NCBI GenBank assembly: GCA_040437565.1
Contig: JBDOQK010000020.1
Coordinates: forward strand, 248,001 to 312,000
Reading direction: 5' to 3'
Source of the DNA: Albugo candida
Lineage: Eukaryota
Length of the DNA: 64,000 nt
This document shows positions 17,456-31,200 of this stretch, one piece after another (positions within the stretch are counted from its first letter, which is position 1; each line of letters opens with the position of its first letter). Made by a program: the position numbers and the translations under genes. Under the pieces are notes generated by a model that did not search any database, had not been told where the DNA came from, and worked only from the letters and a program-made list of their open reading frames with translations.

Positions 17456-20224
17456 TGTAGTGACTTCCATAGTCAAAAATCAGTTCCCCTGTCTTATAAA
17501 CGCTCTCGAATCTAAAAAACGATCGAGAGAGTTTTAAAGTTCTCTCAAATCTTCTCGATCAGCATCATTAAAAATCTAGAAGAAATAAAAACAGATGACT
17601 GTCCTGCTCTTTACCCAGGTTGCTGTTCCGACGCTTTTGCGCTGGTGAGAGCTGGGTTCTTGAGAGGCTCACAGGCTTGGGCCGGGCTACCTCGAGCAGC
17701 TAGTTGACTCGCTGTACCGCCCTCCGGATTGGTGATACCCAAACGTTTAGCCATTTTGATCACGAGTTGATCCGCCTGGTGTAGGAGGCAATATTTTTTC
17801 ACCAAAATAGGGACATCTCGATGTAGAGCAGCAGCGGTTTCCCATGAATCCTCCGCGCGGCTCAGTCCACGCCAGAACACCAACAGCTCATAGCGCGCTG
17901 AAGCGCGGAGGAAACAATATCCACAAAATTTATCCGCGACCATCTTTAAAATATCGCCCGAGACATTGTGGTCATGGTCAGCATTTGACTTGAGTCTGGA
18001 AGCATGTACCTCGCGTGTTTCCAGTTTGAGAAGATTCCGGATTTCATAAATCCAATTCGATATAGTTACAGTTATTTTCGCCGGACCATTCTATTTCGTC
18101 CGCAGCTTCCCCTTTGCGTGAGCCCATACGTCCGCATACAAGACATAGTCCTAGTCCCCAATATCGAGAATCGAGTTTTTCCATTCGGTTTCTTCGATTG
18201 TACGTCTCGTTGCTGCGCCGACGTTTGCTCGTTGCCTTCGCATATAACTTGTGCATAGCATCTAGAGACACTGATAGACGTATAATGGGAGCGCGTTGAC
18301 GTCGACGAACATCTTGCATCGAAGAGACTATAAGTGGCTCGAAAATTGTGCCACAATGCGATCTTTATTCACATCGCAGCCAGACGGGTCATTGCTGTGA
18401 TTGGTGACATTAAGCATCGTTGTTGAAAGACTGTGATTCAAAATGAGCTGGACAATCGGAAGGACACGACACCAATCGGGCGGTTGAAGTCCCCAGTTAC
18501 TGAGGAAGACTCTGGTACACCGCAAAAGCTCACGCATAAGTCGTTCAGCAGTACCATTAGTCCAAGGACACCGTGCAGTGGAAAAATGGTGATTTGCTCC
18601 AAGAGCCCTTTTCATATCGCGGATCACGGCATTCAGAAAATGGTTACCTCGGTCGGAAACCTAATGTTTGCACAAATCAAATAAGGAAAACCAGCGTAGC
18701 AGAGCATCGGCACAGGCAGCGGCACCCGGTGCACGACAAGGTTCCAGGAGACAGTATTTGCTGTCATTGTCCTTAATCACCAGTACATAGCTTTCTCCGG
18801 TGGAACTCTCCCCCATATAGACAAATATAGACAAAANNNNNNNNNNNNNNNNNNNNNNNNNNNNNNNNNNNNNNNNNNNNNNNNNNNNNNNNNNNNNNNN
18901 NNNNNNNNNNNNNNNNNNNNNNNNNNNNNNNNNNNNAACGGCGAACAAAAAAATCGACATCGTTTCGCATGTCTTTCAAAGGACTTGGAACTAATGAATC
19001 CAACTTGAGCTGTGACGTTATAAGGCGCGTTCTCTCGTATTGCGCAACACCATAAAAAATACAAAGCCGGGCTGAAGGACTGGATCTTAAAAGAGACTAC
19101 TGGAGTACCAAAAAGCGTCGGAACAGCAACCTGGGTAAAGAGCAGGACAGTCATCTTTTTTTATTTCTTCTCGATTTTCGGTGATATAGATCTAGAAGAT
19201 CTGAGAGATCTTAGTGATTTTGTTTCGGATTCGAGGGCTTCAATAAGACAGAGAACTGATTTTTGACTACGGAAGTCTCTACAAAGAATTCTTTAGTTTA
19301 TAGTCATTTAGACTTGACTTAGGTGAGGTAAAGGTCAGAGTGACCGAGACTATCCAGCGAACTGTAGAGCCGATGGATTCAAGTTTGGTTCGATCCATTC
19401 GAAAGAAGGAGGATCGTTTACAAGAGAGAGAGGCTACTAAGGTATCTTAGGAGGAGTTTCTAGTGACTGTGAACTTATTGCAGGAGCAATCCCAGAACCA
19501 ATTGATGCTGAATCAGAAGCTGGAAACTCAGCAGCAAGAATTGATGACAGCCTACGACTTGGCAAATCAGCGAGCAAAGAAGATAAGTTGTCTGGCGTTA
19601 GGAGTTCAGTAAATATCATGATTTAGCAGTCTCGCGAGATGGGGAATGTTTGAATGCAAGACTCAAGAGACGAATGACGTGGCCATGGAATAAATTGCAT
19701 GGGAATACCCGCTTCAAGAAACTCAAAACACTCTGGTGACGACAGGTGGAAACATTCCTTGACCAACCATCTACAAGGGCGCGTCTCAGAGTCACAAACG
19801 GGATTTCATGGATGCATACCTTGCTTACGAAAGGAGAGCAGGTCATGAACCAGAGCACGGGGATACAAATCTTTAGAATGACCGTGGGAGCCTGTATCGA
19901 GCATAAAACAATGATGGGAATTTGCATGTATGAATTAGTGAGACCGGAGTCCGAACTTACGGAAGAGGATTGGATGAGATATTTCGTTGAGGCAAAAACA
20001 TCCGATAACTCAAGATCTTTGACACTCAAGAAAGCCATGAGGAACTTGCAGATGACGCAAGGGTATGATGGAAATACCGAGTGGATTGTCTTATCCGCGA
20101 AGAATTTCGACGAGGAAGAGCCAGAACTCTGCATACAGTATCTCGTGAATGCGTTTAGACCACCTGTTTTGCAGGCTCACGGGCGTGGGCCGGGATACCT
20201 CGAACAGCTAGTTGACTCGCTACA
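17456..20224 (-). mobile_element. Decayed Ty3/Gypsy chromodomain-type LTR retrotransposon with internal deletion and inversion
   Basis: Integrase remnants (PWTNGTAERLMRELL, YVLVIKD) and a chromodomain (YELLVFWRGLSRAEDSWE) on minus. 3' LTR ~17456-17716 follows a purine tract; the LTR start recurs at 20172-20224; the LTR body recurs inverted at ~19110-19283. Flanks GGGAG/GGGAA form a near-perfect 5-bp TSD. Confidence 0.75.
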
Positions 20225-20781
20225 GGGAACATCAAGGTACCATCCAATGAGAATTTCGATAGTTTATCTTCACAAGTACCAGGAAAGGAGCAGTAGGGTA
20301 GACATAATTTTCATGGCTCGTAGCGAAAGTTTCTTCGCTAGCAAATGTTTTGTCACAACGCAAAGCTAGGGTCGATGGTCATCAGCTTCACAATTCAAGT
20401 ATACCGATTAGATAAGCTCTTTACAGCCAGCTTGAATATATCGCAGAAATCAGAAGCAGGACTTAGTTCGACCATACTCAGTTGCTTCAAAAGTTATTCA
20501 GATATTCGCATCGGTTCCCGGTGAATTATCCAATGCAGCACATACTAAATCATATACCGGTCCATGTAATTGTACCGAGTTTCCAAAGCTTAGCCATTTT
20601 CGATCCTTGCAGGTACAACGTGTTTAGATTAAGCTTTACGCGACCACTGAAGTGGAAAAGCACGTGCCTCCTATAAATAGGGCCTCAGGAAGGTAGCCGC
20701 AAACGAGTTCTTACATCTCCGAGCGGTCTCAAAATGTAGCTTTCGCCTAGTCTGTAGCAAAAAAACTAGAGTATAAATAGA

Positions 20782-21068
20782 GGGGTTATAAAAAATATAC
20801 ACCAAGATAAATGAAAAATAAAATAAAAATACCACAAGATTGAATAATAAAAAAATGTACCAAGGATGTGTACTATACGTACGANNNNNNNNNNNNNNNN
20901 NNNNNNNNNNNNNNNNNNNNNNNNNNNNNNNNNNNNNNNNNNNNNNNNNNNNNNNNNNNNNNNNNNNNNNNNNNNNNNNNNNNNCTTGGTACATTTTTTT
21001 TATTATTCAATCTTGTGGTATTTTTATTTTATTTTTCATTTATCTTGGTGTATATTTTTTATAACCCC
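20782..21068. mobile_element. Mutator-like (MULE) DNA transposon or MITE; interior unassembled
   Basis: ~83-bp near-perfect terminal inverted repeats (GGGGTTATAAAAAATATACACCAAG... / ...CTTGGTGTATATTTTTTATAACCCC) flanked by a perfect 9-bp direct repeat ATAAATAGA at 20773-20781 and 21069-21077. Confidence 0.85.
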
Positions 21069-21563
21069 ATAAATAGACGATAATAAAATTTTTATTCGAA
21101 CAAAACTCGAATAAATTCCGAAAAATTTGCTCTCCGACTCTCCCATTGAAGCAGCTAACAAATGGTCAGTGTTTAGTCCTCTAATCCATTTGTGAAAGTC
21201 AAAAGTTTACTTGTCACGTGACGACAGGCAACTTCCTTTTTATATGTTAGTTGCCTGAAACTCGGATTGGTGTATGAACATATAATGAGGGCAACTGGAT
21301 TTATAATCTCGCGTCCCACTCTTCATCCCGCGTGAAAAATTGTTAATTACTTGCACTAGTTCAGTATCAAGTAAATGAGAAACTGAATATGTTCGAGCTT
21401 ATGATCTCTGTATTACTTCGCATGTCCGTTACCTCCGTCCGTTCTTAGGGTCGCGTGCGCCCTTTCACTTCACCAGTCGCTTCCTTTCAACAAAAATAAA
21501 ATTGGTAGACTCACTTTCAGAACTTCACGGACAACTCACATCAGAAGCGATCAATCGGCGAAG

Positions 21564-21740
21564 ATGACGCGTACTCGTATCAAAAGCTTTATAGTTGACG
21601 TATTTTCGTTGCTCAACTTGAGTTTGCAGTGGTCGGAAGTGGATCGACCATCTCGTCGATGAGATAAGGCTGTCATGATTGATCATGTTCCAGATATATC
21701 AAAGAAAACGCAGATTGTGAAAGTGTTAAACCCTGGTGCT
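21564..21740 (+). pseudogene. Pseudogene of the small secreted-protein family (paralog of 35240-35937)
   Basis: MTRTRIKSFIVDVFSLLNLSLQWSEVDRPSRR*DKAVM aligns with MTHTLIKSFIVAVFLLLNLSPQWSEAVGPSRRSDKQVM. In-frame TGA at 21660-21662; homologous 5' leader. Confidence 0.8.
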
Positions 21741-21990
21741 GTTACGACAGACACGACACAGGGGAAGCGAGCTAGAACACGGTCTTCAGTTTCCAAAAAA
21801 CATTGGTATATTGAATTGATTTTTAAATTACAGCATGCCTCATTAAATTACTACTCTCAAAAGTGTTTCATCTTTTTAAGCAATATAGTGCAAGTCATCT
21901 ATAACCTGTAAATATTATTTTTTGCGGCCAAAGAATCATCAAACATAAACCGTCAACGAATATAATTGGCATAAATTCAACTCCCCCAGT

Positions 21991-24900
21991 TGTTGATGAT
22001 GGTGTAGACCACATTGAAAACTAAAGGCTATGCGGGAGATTCTATTAGTACATTAACTGTAGTAAGGAATCTAAAACTTAATAAACGCACTTTTCACTTT
22101 TCCGGAACGTCGCGCCTCTCCTCCAACCCCTTTGATTCAACAGGTCATGAGCCCAAGCTCGATGGACCAGAATGACGTATTGCGTGAAGATAATTATTTC
22201 GTATGGGAGTTTAATGCTCGAATGAGGTTAGCAAGGAAAACCCTCCACGGACACATCGATGCATTGAAGATTCCGAATGAGGGCGATCCAGCAATCGAAA
22301 TGTGGAAAGTCAAAAACGTCAAGGTCTTCGCCATCATTGCGACAATGATCAGCCCGAAATTCCAGTCATTAATTCGCTCAGCTACAAGTACAGTTGAAGC
22401 GTGGGAAATCCTGAAAAACTTTTTCGTTCAGCGAAACACGCACAATCGCATACAAATAAGACGATAAGTGCACGAGTTCAAAATGGAAAAGGGTGGAAAT
22501 GCACTGGAGCACCTCATGAAATTTGAGGAGATTTGCACAAGAATAGCTGCGATTGGAGACAATTTGAATCAAGACGAGCAAATCATCTTGCTATTAGGCA
22601 GTCTGTCGGATGAATACGACTAAATCGGAAAAAACATCAAAAACATACCAAATATGGATATGTTACAAGCGAAAGAAATGATCCAACGTGAATATGAATC
22701 GCTGCAACGGAAGGAATCCGGGGAACTTGCTTTGAAAGCAACGAAGCAGCAGTTTAGAAAAGAAAGACGAGGAAACCATAAACAGCGGGATGGAGCAGCA
22801 CAAAACTTCAATGGAAAGTGTTTTGGATGTGGACGTACTGGACATAGAATAGCGGAATGTCGTCAAAAGCGACAGCAGTCTAGACGGCAACCAAGTAGCG
22901 AACTCGCATTTATGGCGTCAAACAACAAATCTGACATGAATTGGTTACTAGATAGTGGTGCCAGCAGTCACATGAGTCCATTTCAAGAAGAATTCACGGA
23001 TCTCGAGCAACTCAAATCATCAATTCAAATCACTGTTGCAAATGGCCTTCAACTAACAACCACAAAAATTGGAATCGTTCCCGTTACACCCGAAAAGTGG
23101 AGCTCGAGTAAACATTTATGATGTGCTATTGGTACCAGGCATGGATCGACGACTACTGTCAGTATCAGCTTTGGTGTCAAGAAGACTCAAAGTTAAATTT
23201 GAAGAAGAATAGTGTAGCATCATGAAAAACGGTAAACTGGTGACAAATCTCAAGAAAAAAGGAAAGCTGTACGGATTGCGATGTTCATCCAGCGTGGAGA
23301 ATGCCAGTCAAGCAATTCAATTCGAAACAAGATTGAATTTATGGCATGCACGCCTTGGACATATATCGATGTCGAATCTGAAAAACGTTAGTAACTGTGT
23401 CGACGGAATGAACGTGGATTTGGATCAAGAAGATGATCATGAAATGTGTGCAGGATGTATATATGGGAAAATGAATGTGGAATCATTCCCAAAATCAAAG
23501 AATAGTGAGATCAAGACCTCCGGAGTTCTTGAACTTATACACAGTGACGTATAGGGTCCCATGCAAATCAAATCCCACGGGGCTGCAGAATATGTTGTCA
23601 CGTTTATCGACGATTACTCCAGATATACTGTCGCTTATTTCCTAGCATCGAGGAGTGAAGTATTCGAAAAGTTTGTGGAATATAAAGCTTTGATCGAGAA
23701 TCAAATAAACAAAAGTATCAAGTGTACTCGAACCTACAACGGGGGAGAGTACATCAACAAGAAGTTCACATACCTTTGTCGCCACGCGGGATTATACATC
23801 AAACAACTGTCTCTTACTCGCCTCAGCGAAACGGTCTGGCTGAGCGAATGAACCGTACATTGATGAAGCGAGCTCGATGTGTGATAGCGTGGAAGAGTGT
23901 CAACAAGTAGTGGTGGGCGGAAGCAATTAATACAGCGGTGTGTATCACCAATCGCGTTCCATGCTCAGTTTGGAAATCCAAGACACCTATTGAAGTTTGC
24001 TTGGGAACGCGACCGAATTCGAGCAACTTGTGTGTTTTTGGATCCAAGGGTTTTGCACACATCGACAAGGCAAAGAGACAAAAGCTGGATGACAAAGGAT
24101 TCTCTTGTATGTTTGTCGGATACTCGACGATGACAAAAGGTTATCGAGTGATTGATTCCAGAACAGACAAATTGGTGATAGTGCGAACAGCTGTATTCGA
24201 AGAATCGAACAAGATCAAGTACGTTCAAGTGGTGGATGGTCACTTGGGGAAGTCGTATGGAACGAACATTGACCGCGAAAATGATGAGGATGTACAAGTT
24301 GATAATATCGTACCAAGACGTGATGTTGATGTTGAAATGGAGGAAACGTATCAGCCATCATCATCGCAGCTTGACGTGTTCACAACGCATGATATGGATA
24401 TGGACATTGAAGATCGTGCTTTAACGGACGATTTCTCCAATACAGCTATGGTGCCCAGGGAGAGAAGATATGATGATGAAGATCTTGATTGTGGTACGCA
24501 TTCTGGACGACACAATCTGAGAGGGAATCCGCAATTAGCGCTCATGGACGGTGGTCTCTCAGACGCAATTGTGCCTTATGAGAGCAATTCAGTTGAAGAT
24601 AATGGAAGACCGAAGAAACGATACAGACTCGAAGATGAAGAAGCTAATGCAGCGTTGGAAGTACCAGGTTGCTATCAAGGTGTAAGGAAATCACCAGAAG
24701 CGGAGCAGTGGTTTGAAGCTATCAAAGCGGAATGGGCAGCTTTGAAGGATAAGTCAACTTGGACCGTAGTAAAACGTTCATCAAGTCAGAAAGTGATCGG
24801 CACCAAGTGGGTACTTTCAATCAAGAAGAATGACAAAGGAGAAATCCAACGTTATAAGGCAAGACTTGTCGCACTTGGCTATCGAAAAACCCCAGACATC

Positions 24901-25990
24901 GACTACTTTGAGACGTACTCTCCTGTTGCAAGTACGAATTCAATTCGTGTATTTTTGGCATTATGCTGTCATCGAGGTTATCATGTGCAGCAATATGATG
25001 TGGATACGGCATTTCTGAATGGAACTCTGGCAAAAGATGTATTCATCTGGCCACCGAAAGGAGTATCAATTGAACCAAACCTTGTTTGCAAGTTGAACAA
25101 AAGTTTATATGATCTAAAGCAAGCAGCTGTCACATGGTACAAGTTGATGTCAAATACATTTGAGATAAAACTAGGATTCAATCGATGCAAGACGGATTCT
25201 TGCACTTTTGTTTGACAAGTGGGACATGACTACAAATACATGGCGTTGTATGTTGAGGATATGCTGATTGGAGCAAGAAGTATGTAAATGATTAACAAGA
25301 TCATGCTGCAATTGAGGAAAGAGTTTTCACTCAAAACAATTGGTCAAGTGAGATATATTCTTGATATGGAAGCTGAGTATAGTCAAAGTAAGCGATTGAT
25401 GAAGATCTTCCAGGCAACATGCATTTCGAGAATGATCGACAAGTTCAATCAATTTGACTCGAAATCAGTTTACAACCCAACGGTTGTGGGTCAGTCGTTG
25501 ACGAAAAGTGAGACCGCAGATCCATGGATGAAGAAGCGTCCTTTTCGATCGCTGGTTGGATCATTACTTTACATTATGAAAATCCAACTGACGAACACTG
25601 AAAGGCAGCAATTCGAGTGCTGCGATTTCTCAAGGAGACCAAAACATGTGGGATTTGGTTTCGATCTAGCCAAGATCTACAGGTTTGTGCGTATAGCGAC
25701 GCAGATTGGGCAGTGGCCAAGGAAAGCGCCGATCTATGCCAGGTATCATGGTTATGATGAATGGATCACCTGTTATTTTCAAGTCAAGATTACAGAGAGT
25801 TGTCGCTTCAAGTACCGCCGAAGCAGAATACGTCGCACTATCTCTTTGTATCCAAGAAGTCATATGGATCAAGAGTCTTCTGGAAGAGTTGGGAATTCAA
25901 AAAGAGTCGGCGATTACTGTGTATGAGGACAATCAGAGTGCAATTGCTATTGCAAAGAATGATGAGTATCAAGAACGTCAAAAATACCGA
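21991..25990 (+). mobile_element. Decayed Ty1/Copia retrotransposon, 3'-truncated
   Basis: 5' LTR 21991-22142 (TGTTGA...TCAACA) followed by Copia-type PBS GGTCATGAGCCCA; gag zinc knuckle CFGCGRTGHRIAEC; protease WLLDSGASSHM; integrase LWHARLGH, LIHSDV, FIDDYSR, NGLAERMN; RT RYKARLVALG, QYDVDTAFLNG; RNase H SSTAEAEYVAL. Many stops and frameshifts. Confidence 0.95.
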
Positions 25991-26049
25991 GCGAGCTTTG
26001 GCGAAACTTTCGGATGATGCAAAAACCATTAGTATTCGGAGCATGTGGG

Positions 26050-28290
26050 CACTTGACGGTATTGTCCGTGTATATGTCAAATTCGCAACCATAAAGATAA
26101 TGACGCCACTTTTCTAATGTAGGCTTGATTGCTTAAAGTTCCTTTTCATGTGTCGGCCAATTAAGCTCACGAATCCCCAGATTCTTGGAAAAGAATGCAA
26201 TGGGATGATTGCAACCAGAATGAAGCTGAGAAAGTACACCACCAACACAATAGCCAGAAACGTTTGTTGTCACAATGAATCGTTTGGCATGATATAGTAA
26301 TTTCAACACAGGTGCGTCTTGAAGAGCGGCCTTGAGTTGCTCAAACGCATGATTCTGACCATTCTTCCATTCCCAAACATGTTCTTTCTTGACTAGAGGG
26401 CCAAATGGTAACGCAAGAGTTGCGTAGTCACGAATGAAACGACGAAGTAACCAGCCAAACCCAAGAAACTTAATAGTTGTTTCTGATTTTTTTGAGTCGG
26501 CCACTTCGCAATAGCTTCTGTCTTCCGACATCCACTGTAAGTCCCTTAGCCGAAATTGTATGACCAAGAAACTTCACTTCCGACTGGCCAAAATGACATT
26601 TGGACTGATGACAGAATACCTTCTCACGCCGAAGAACTCCAAACAGAATGCAAAGATGTCCAACGTGTTGGTCCAGACTAGTGGAGAAAACACAAATGTA
26701 ATTCAGACAGGCAACAATGAAGTTGTATTTCACAAAGAGAACTCGCATGAGACGAGACCAAACACCAGGCATACCAGCTAATCCCATAGGAGCCACGCAC
26801 CACTGATAGATTTCAGCGTGTGTGCGAAAGGCGGTATACTTGCGGCTTTTGAATGCGATCCGCTTTTGATGATAGCCTTGGACCAGATCTAGAACTTAAA
26901 AGATGACACAACCACACATCTGATCAAAGAGTTCGTCGATGCTTGAAAGTGGTATCTTTGGAATGATCGTCTACGAATTGACGTAACGGTAATCAAAGAC
27001 CCATCGAAGAGGTAGATGTGCGTTGTCCTAGAGTAACCACTCGGATCGTGATATGTTTTGACCAGTAATGGGGTCCTTATTAGGTACACCAAATATATTT
27101 GATACCCATCGAGAGTCAGAAATCTCGATCCAAGCTTTCTTGAGCTTTCCGCGACAAACATGTCAAGTGCATCTTGTTCGATCTTAGATTGGCGAAACGG
27201 TGCACGGTTGCTAGGTACAGCATTCGGTTTCATGATAAGATCAAAGTCCATACGACGTGAACGTGGAAGTCCATCCGAAAATGTCTNNNNNNNNNNNNNN
27301 NNNNNNNNNNNNNNNNNNNNNNNNNNNNNNNNNNNNNNNNNNNNNNNNNNNNNNNNNNNNNNNNNNNNNNNNNNNNNNNNNNNNNNCGGTAGTTCTTCCC
27401 GCGGACACGATGAGATCGATCAAACTCCAACACAATCTTCATGGCTTGTGAAAATGTGGCACACCGGCGTTATTGCACTTCTTCCCGTGTGGGACTCACT
27501 AGTCCTCGCGTAAGCTAGGTAATTTTATCCAACTCGCTCAATTCCATAACTTGCATGATAGCTTCACGGAAACTTGAAATATAAACTTCCAGGTTTGGAC
27601 AACTTTTCTGTTTGAGTGCGTACAATTGATCACGCAAGCGCTCTTGCAGATCAGGGGATCCAAATTCTTCATTTACGTGAACGATGAGGTCTTGCATGTC
27701 TTTGATATATGGCTTGTTCAACTTGTACCAAGCTGCGGCATTCCCTTTGAAATTGGCGGTCGCGATTGCCAAAATATGAGCGCTTTGACTGACATCGCGC
27801 CAGTCGATAATCTTTGCTTCGAAGTACTGAGCCAGTTGATCAAAGTACAGATTCACGGACTCGCCCATGTTACCATGGAATTGAGGTAAGCTGTTCCCTC
27901 CAACTTTTATTTCACGCTTGTGCCACAGCTTCAAGCAATTGCTGTTGGTTTTCGACTAATTCGATCGATGCTTTCGTGATCGCGTCGGGGACCATCCTTG
28001 AAGGTTCAATGACGTCATGATAACCAAGAAAAAAAAAGTCCAACCAAATAAACCCGGAAGAAACGACAAACACTCGGCGAGCGGCTTTCCCAATGTCGTG
28101 ACGCTAAACAGCGCGTAAGAAAAAGTCCTTCCGGTTATGTGACCAACAAGTGCTACCAGCTGTAACGCTGGCAGGAGGAAGTGAGATTTTTCAATTAAAG
28201 AATCCTGGTTCACTGATTACCTATCCGATTGGCTAATCCAGTTCTTAACTATCTAGAATTATGTATGCATGTACAATGGAGGTTGTTACA
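26050..28290 (-). mobile_element. Decayed Ty3/Gypsy retrotransposon (5' LTR, gag, RT, RNase H); integrase missing
   Basis: LTR 28161-28290 with TGTAAC/GTTACA termini followed on minus by a TGGTAGCA PBS-like site; gag (FKGNAAAWY, LRDQLYALKQ); RT (APMGLAGMP, KCHFGQSEVKFLGH); RNase H (AFEQLKAALQDAPVL, HPIAFFSK, WPTHEKEL). Confidence 0.9.
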
Positions 28291-31200
28291 CTATATCCAA
28301 CCTGAAGGTTCTTATCTAGAGAATGGTCACATGTGGTGGTGTACCACACCCAAATGAATCCTCCCTCTACAAATATGTTAACAGCACCGAATAATACGCC
28401 CAAACAAGTGCAAAGCAGCGACAAGTCATCGATAAGGTCGATACAAGTGCAGGCATATAAACCAATCAGCCATTAGGTCTGTTTCGGTCAATCGGAATAA
28501 GAGGCTGGTCACCCTTTGACACAAACAGGAATCTTATGCATTAAAGCTGCAATTTTGGGAGATGAGAATCGAATCGTGATTGAAACATTACGTGGCATCT
28601 TCCTCAGGCTGGATGAAGCAGAGTTCTGATGGCTGTGAAGGAATGCTGTGTGATGTCTCCAGATATATTGACCGAAGAGGTGGCTATCCAGTACAGTAAT
28701 TGCATTAAAACTTTTGATATCCAATTCAACATAAGTAGAGCTAAAAGAAACGGTACCAAACAATGCTATATTTAATATTGAAGACCATGCGATGGAAACG
28801 GTTGTCGCTGCATGTTGGGTCCGAACAAATATCGAACCACCTTATCGGTCTGTGTATATGGTACAAACTGCAGATGCCTTGCATCAGGAACGATTCACGT
28901 TGAGTGGCGGCTTATGCACACACTTCGTATTGCTCTATGGTGAGTCTTCCAGGGCTCATTCTATTGGAAATTTGGTGCGATCCTCAATAAGGTTCTGATC
29001 CCATGCAACCAGAGACTACGCGGTGCTACGCGACCGACGCAACAAAACATACAGAACTTATATTCGTCATCAGACTCTGATAGCGACGGAGAAGAACGCA
29101 ACGAATTCAAGATAGGGCATGCGGGGGCTCCCATACGGTGGGGTGGAGATGACTGGACATTTTACAAACATGTCATGATGAATGCGTTCGAGGAAAGCTT
29201 ATTCGATCAGATCGCTATTGGTGAGAAGAGTGAAGACAAAAGCTGGGACGACGACGAAAAAGAAGAATCAAAAAAAACAGGCCAGAATCAAAATCCTGAT
29301 TCAAGGATCACTTTCAATGAAACCTGCAAAACAAGCGATGATGAAGAGTACAGACATGGAGATGTGGGCTGAACTCGTATCAATCTACGAGTGCAAGACA
29401 AATCCTGCTATGACTGCTCAGAAGGTATATCGCTTGCAGGGCGAGCTACACAAGACTCACCTGCGTGGGAAAGGAAACGTACGGAGCCATCTTTACAAAC
29501 TCTTCGATATCAAAAATCAACTTGCGGATCTAGGATCATCTGTGAATGACTTGCACTGGTGGATCGCATGTTACGAAGTCTTCCGACACAGGCGTGCTAT
29601 GATGAATTAAGTAAGACTTGAAGTATTATTCAGCACGAACACGAAAAAACATACACCGGAGTTGCCTCGAGAGATGATAATTACCGCATAATCAAGAAAC
29701 GAAGACTGGGAAAATCATGCTTTCGCAAACAAGCAGCGAAAAAGGGGCAGTATACGCATGGCGAAAAGCAGCCCAGAAAATTATATAACCATGTCGACAG
29801 AAAACCAGGAGCAAGAATTGGAATTGGTGGTTGCTTTCATTGCGGTGGAGATCATTTCAAACGTAATTGTCCAAATTTGAAAGGAATAAAAAACGGAAAA
29901 TCAAATCATGCTCGCTCGGGAGAACAAAAAGTAGCGACACATGAAGTTTAAGAAAATCCAGATGATGATCGTAAAAATGCACAGAAGCGCGAAATTGTGA
30001 TGGGAGAAGTTGCAAATCTCATCAATAAAGGATATGAACCTTTTGTCAATGGTACTTTGACTCGGGATCGAATATACATATCACAGCGTGCAAGGAATAT
30101 TTTACAACACTACAAAGTATGGATGATAGCGAGTGGAATCCAAATCAGGCTTTCTTGATGGTGTCGACGCTAAAGCAAAAGGATTTGGACTATCCTTCTT
30201 TCAGTGATGATTGACGAACAAATGGTGTTCTTACTTGTGGAAGACGTATTATATGTCTCAACAGCTGGCTGCAATTTATTTTCATCTGGCCTAGCAATGG
30301 AGCAAGATTTCGAAATGACATAGAATAATGAAAGCCAATCATTTGGAAGGATCAAGGATGGGTCAAGTGTAATCCGAACACAATACCACAATAATTTATG
30401 GACGTTTACAGCTCTTAATATTGGCAATGACGCAAACAAGAAAGATCAACCGAGAGGCAAGAAGCAAAAAGGCAAGAAGCAAGTTTTTGCAAACTTTGCT
30501 ATTACAGATGGCGTCGCAGACATTGACGTCTGGCACGAGAGACTTGGACATATCTGCCCTGAATATATTCGGCTAATGGCTGATCGGGGGATGGCCAAGG
30601 GTATCATGCTTAAGCGCCTGGGAAAACTAGATTGTGCGGATCGTCACTTTGGTAAGAAACGAAGGAAAACATTCGAAAAGCTATCGACAGGAAAATGACA
30701 ATATCTTTGCAGACCTGATTATTCCCGGAGTAAACAATGGCTCGCCATATTCTGCTGTTCTCGTAGTCATGGACGGATATTCACGCTACGTGAAGGCTTT
30801 CATGTTAAAGTCTAAGACCGAAGGCGAAGTAAATGAGCACTTATATCAAATGGGCAGAGCGACAACATGCCCATGAACTCGACAAAAACGTGCAACAGGA
30901 AAATTTGGTGCAACAAGTACTGACCGACAAAGGACAAGAGTTCTGTAATGGAACAATGGAGGACTGGTATACCAGAAATGGCATAGTGCACATCAAGGTT
31001 GGACCAAACGTGGCTCAGCTTAACCTGGTAGTGCGAACACACCAGACATTGATCGGAATGATGAAGACAATGATGCATCAATCTGGATTTCCGAAGTCGT
31101 TCTGGGTGCATGCATTAGAGAATGCAATCTACATCAAGAATCGTGTGTACTGCAAAAGTGCAGCATGTACACCACACGAGGCCATGTTTGGCTCTGAGCC

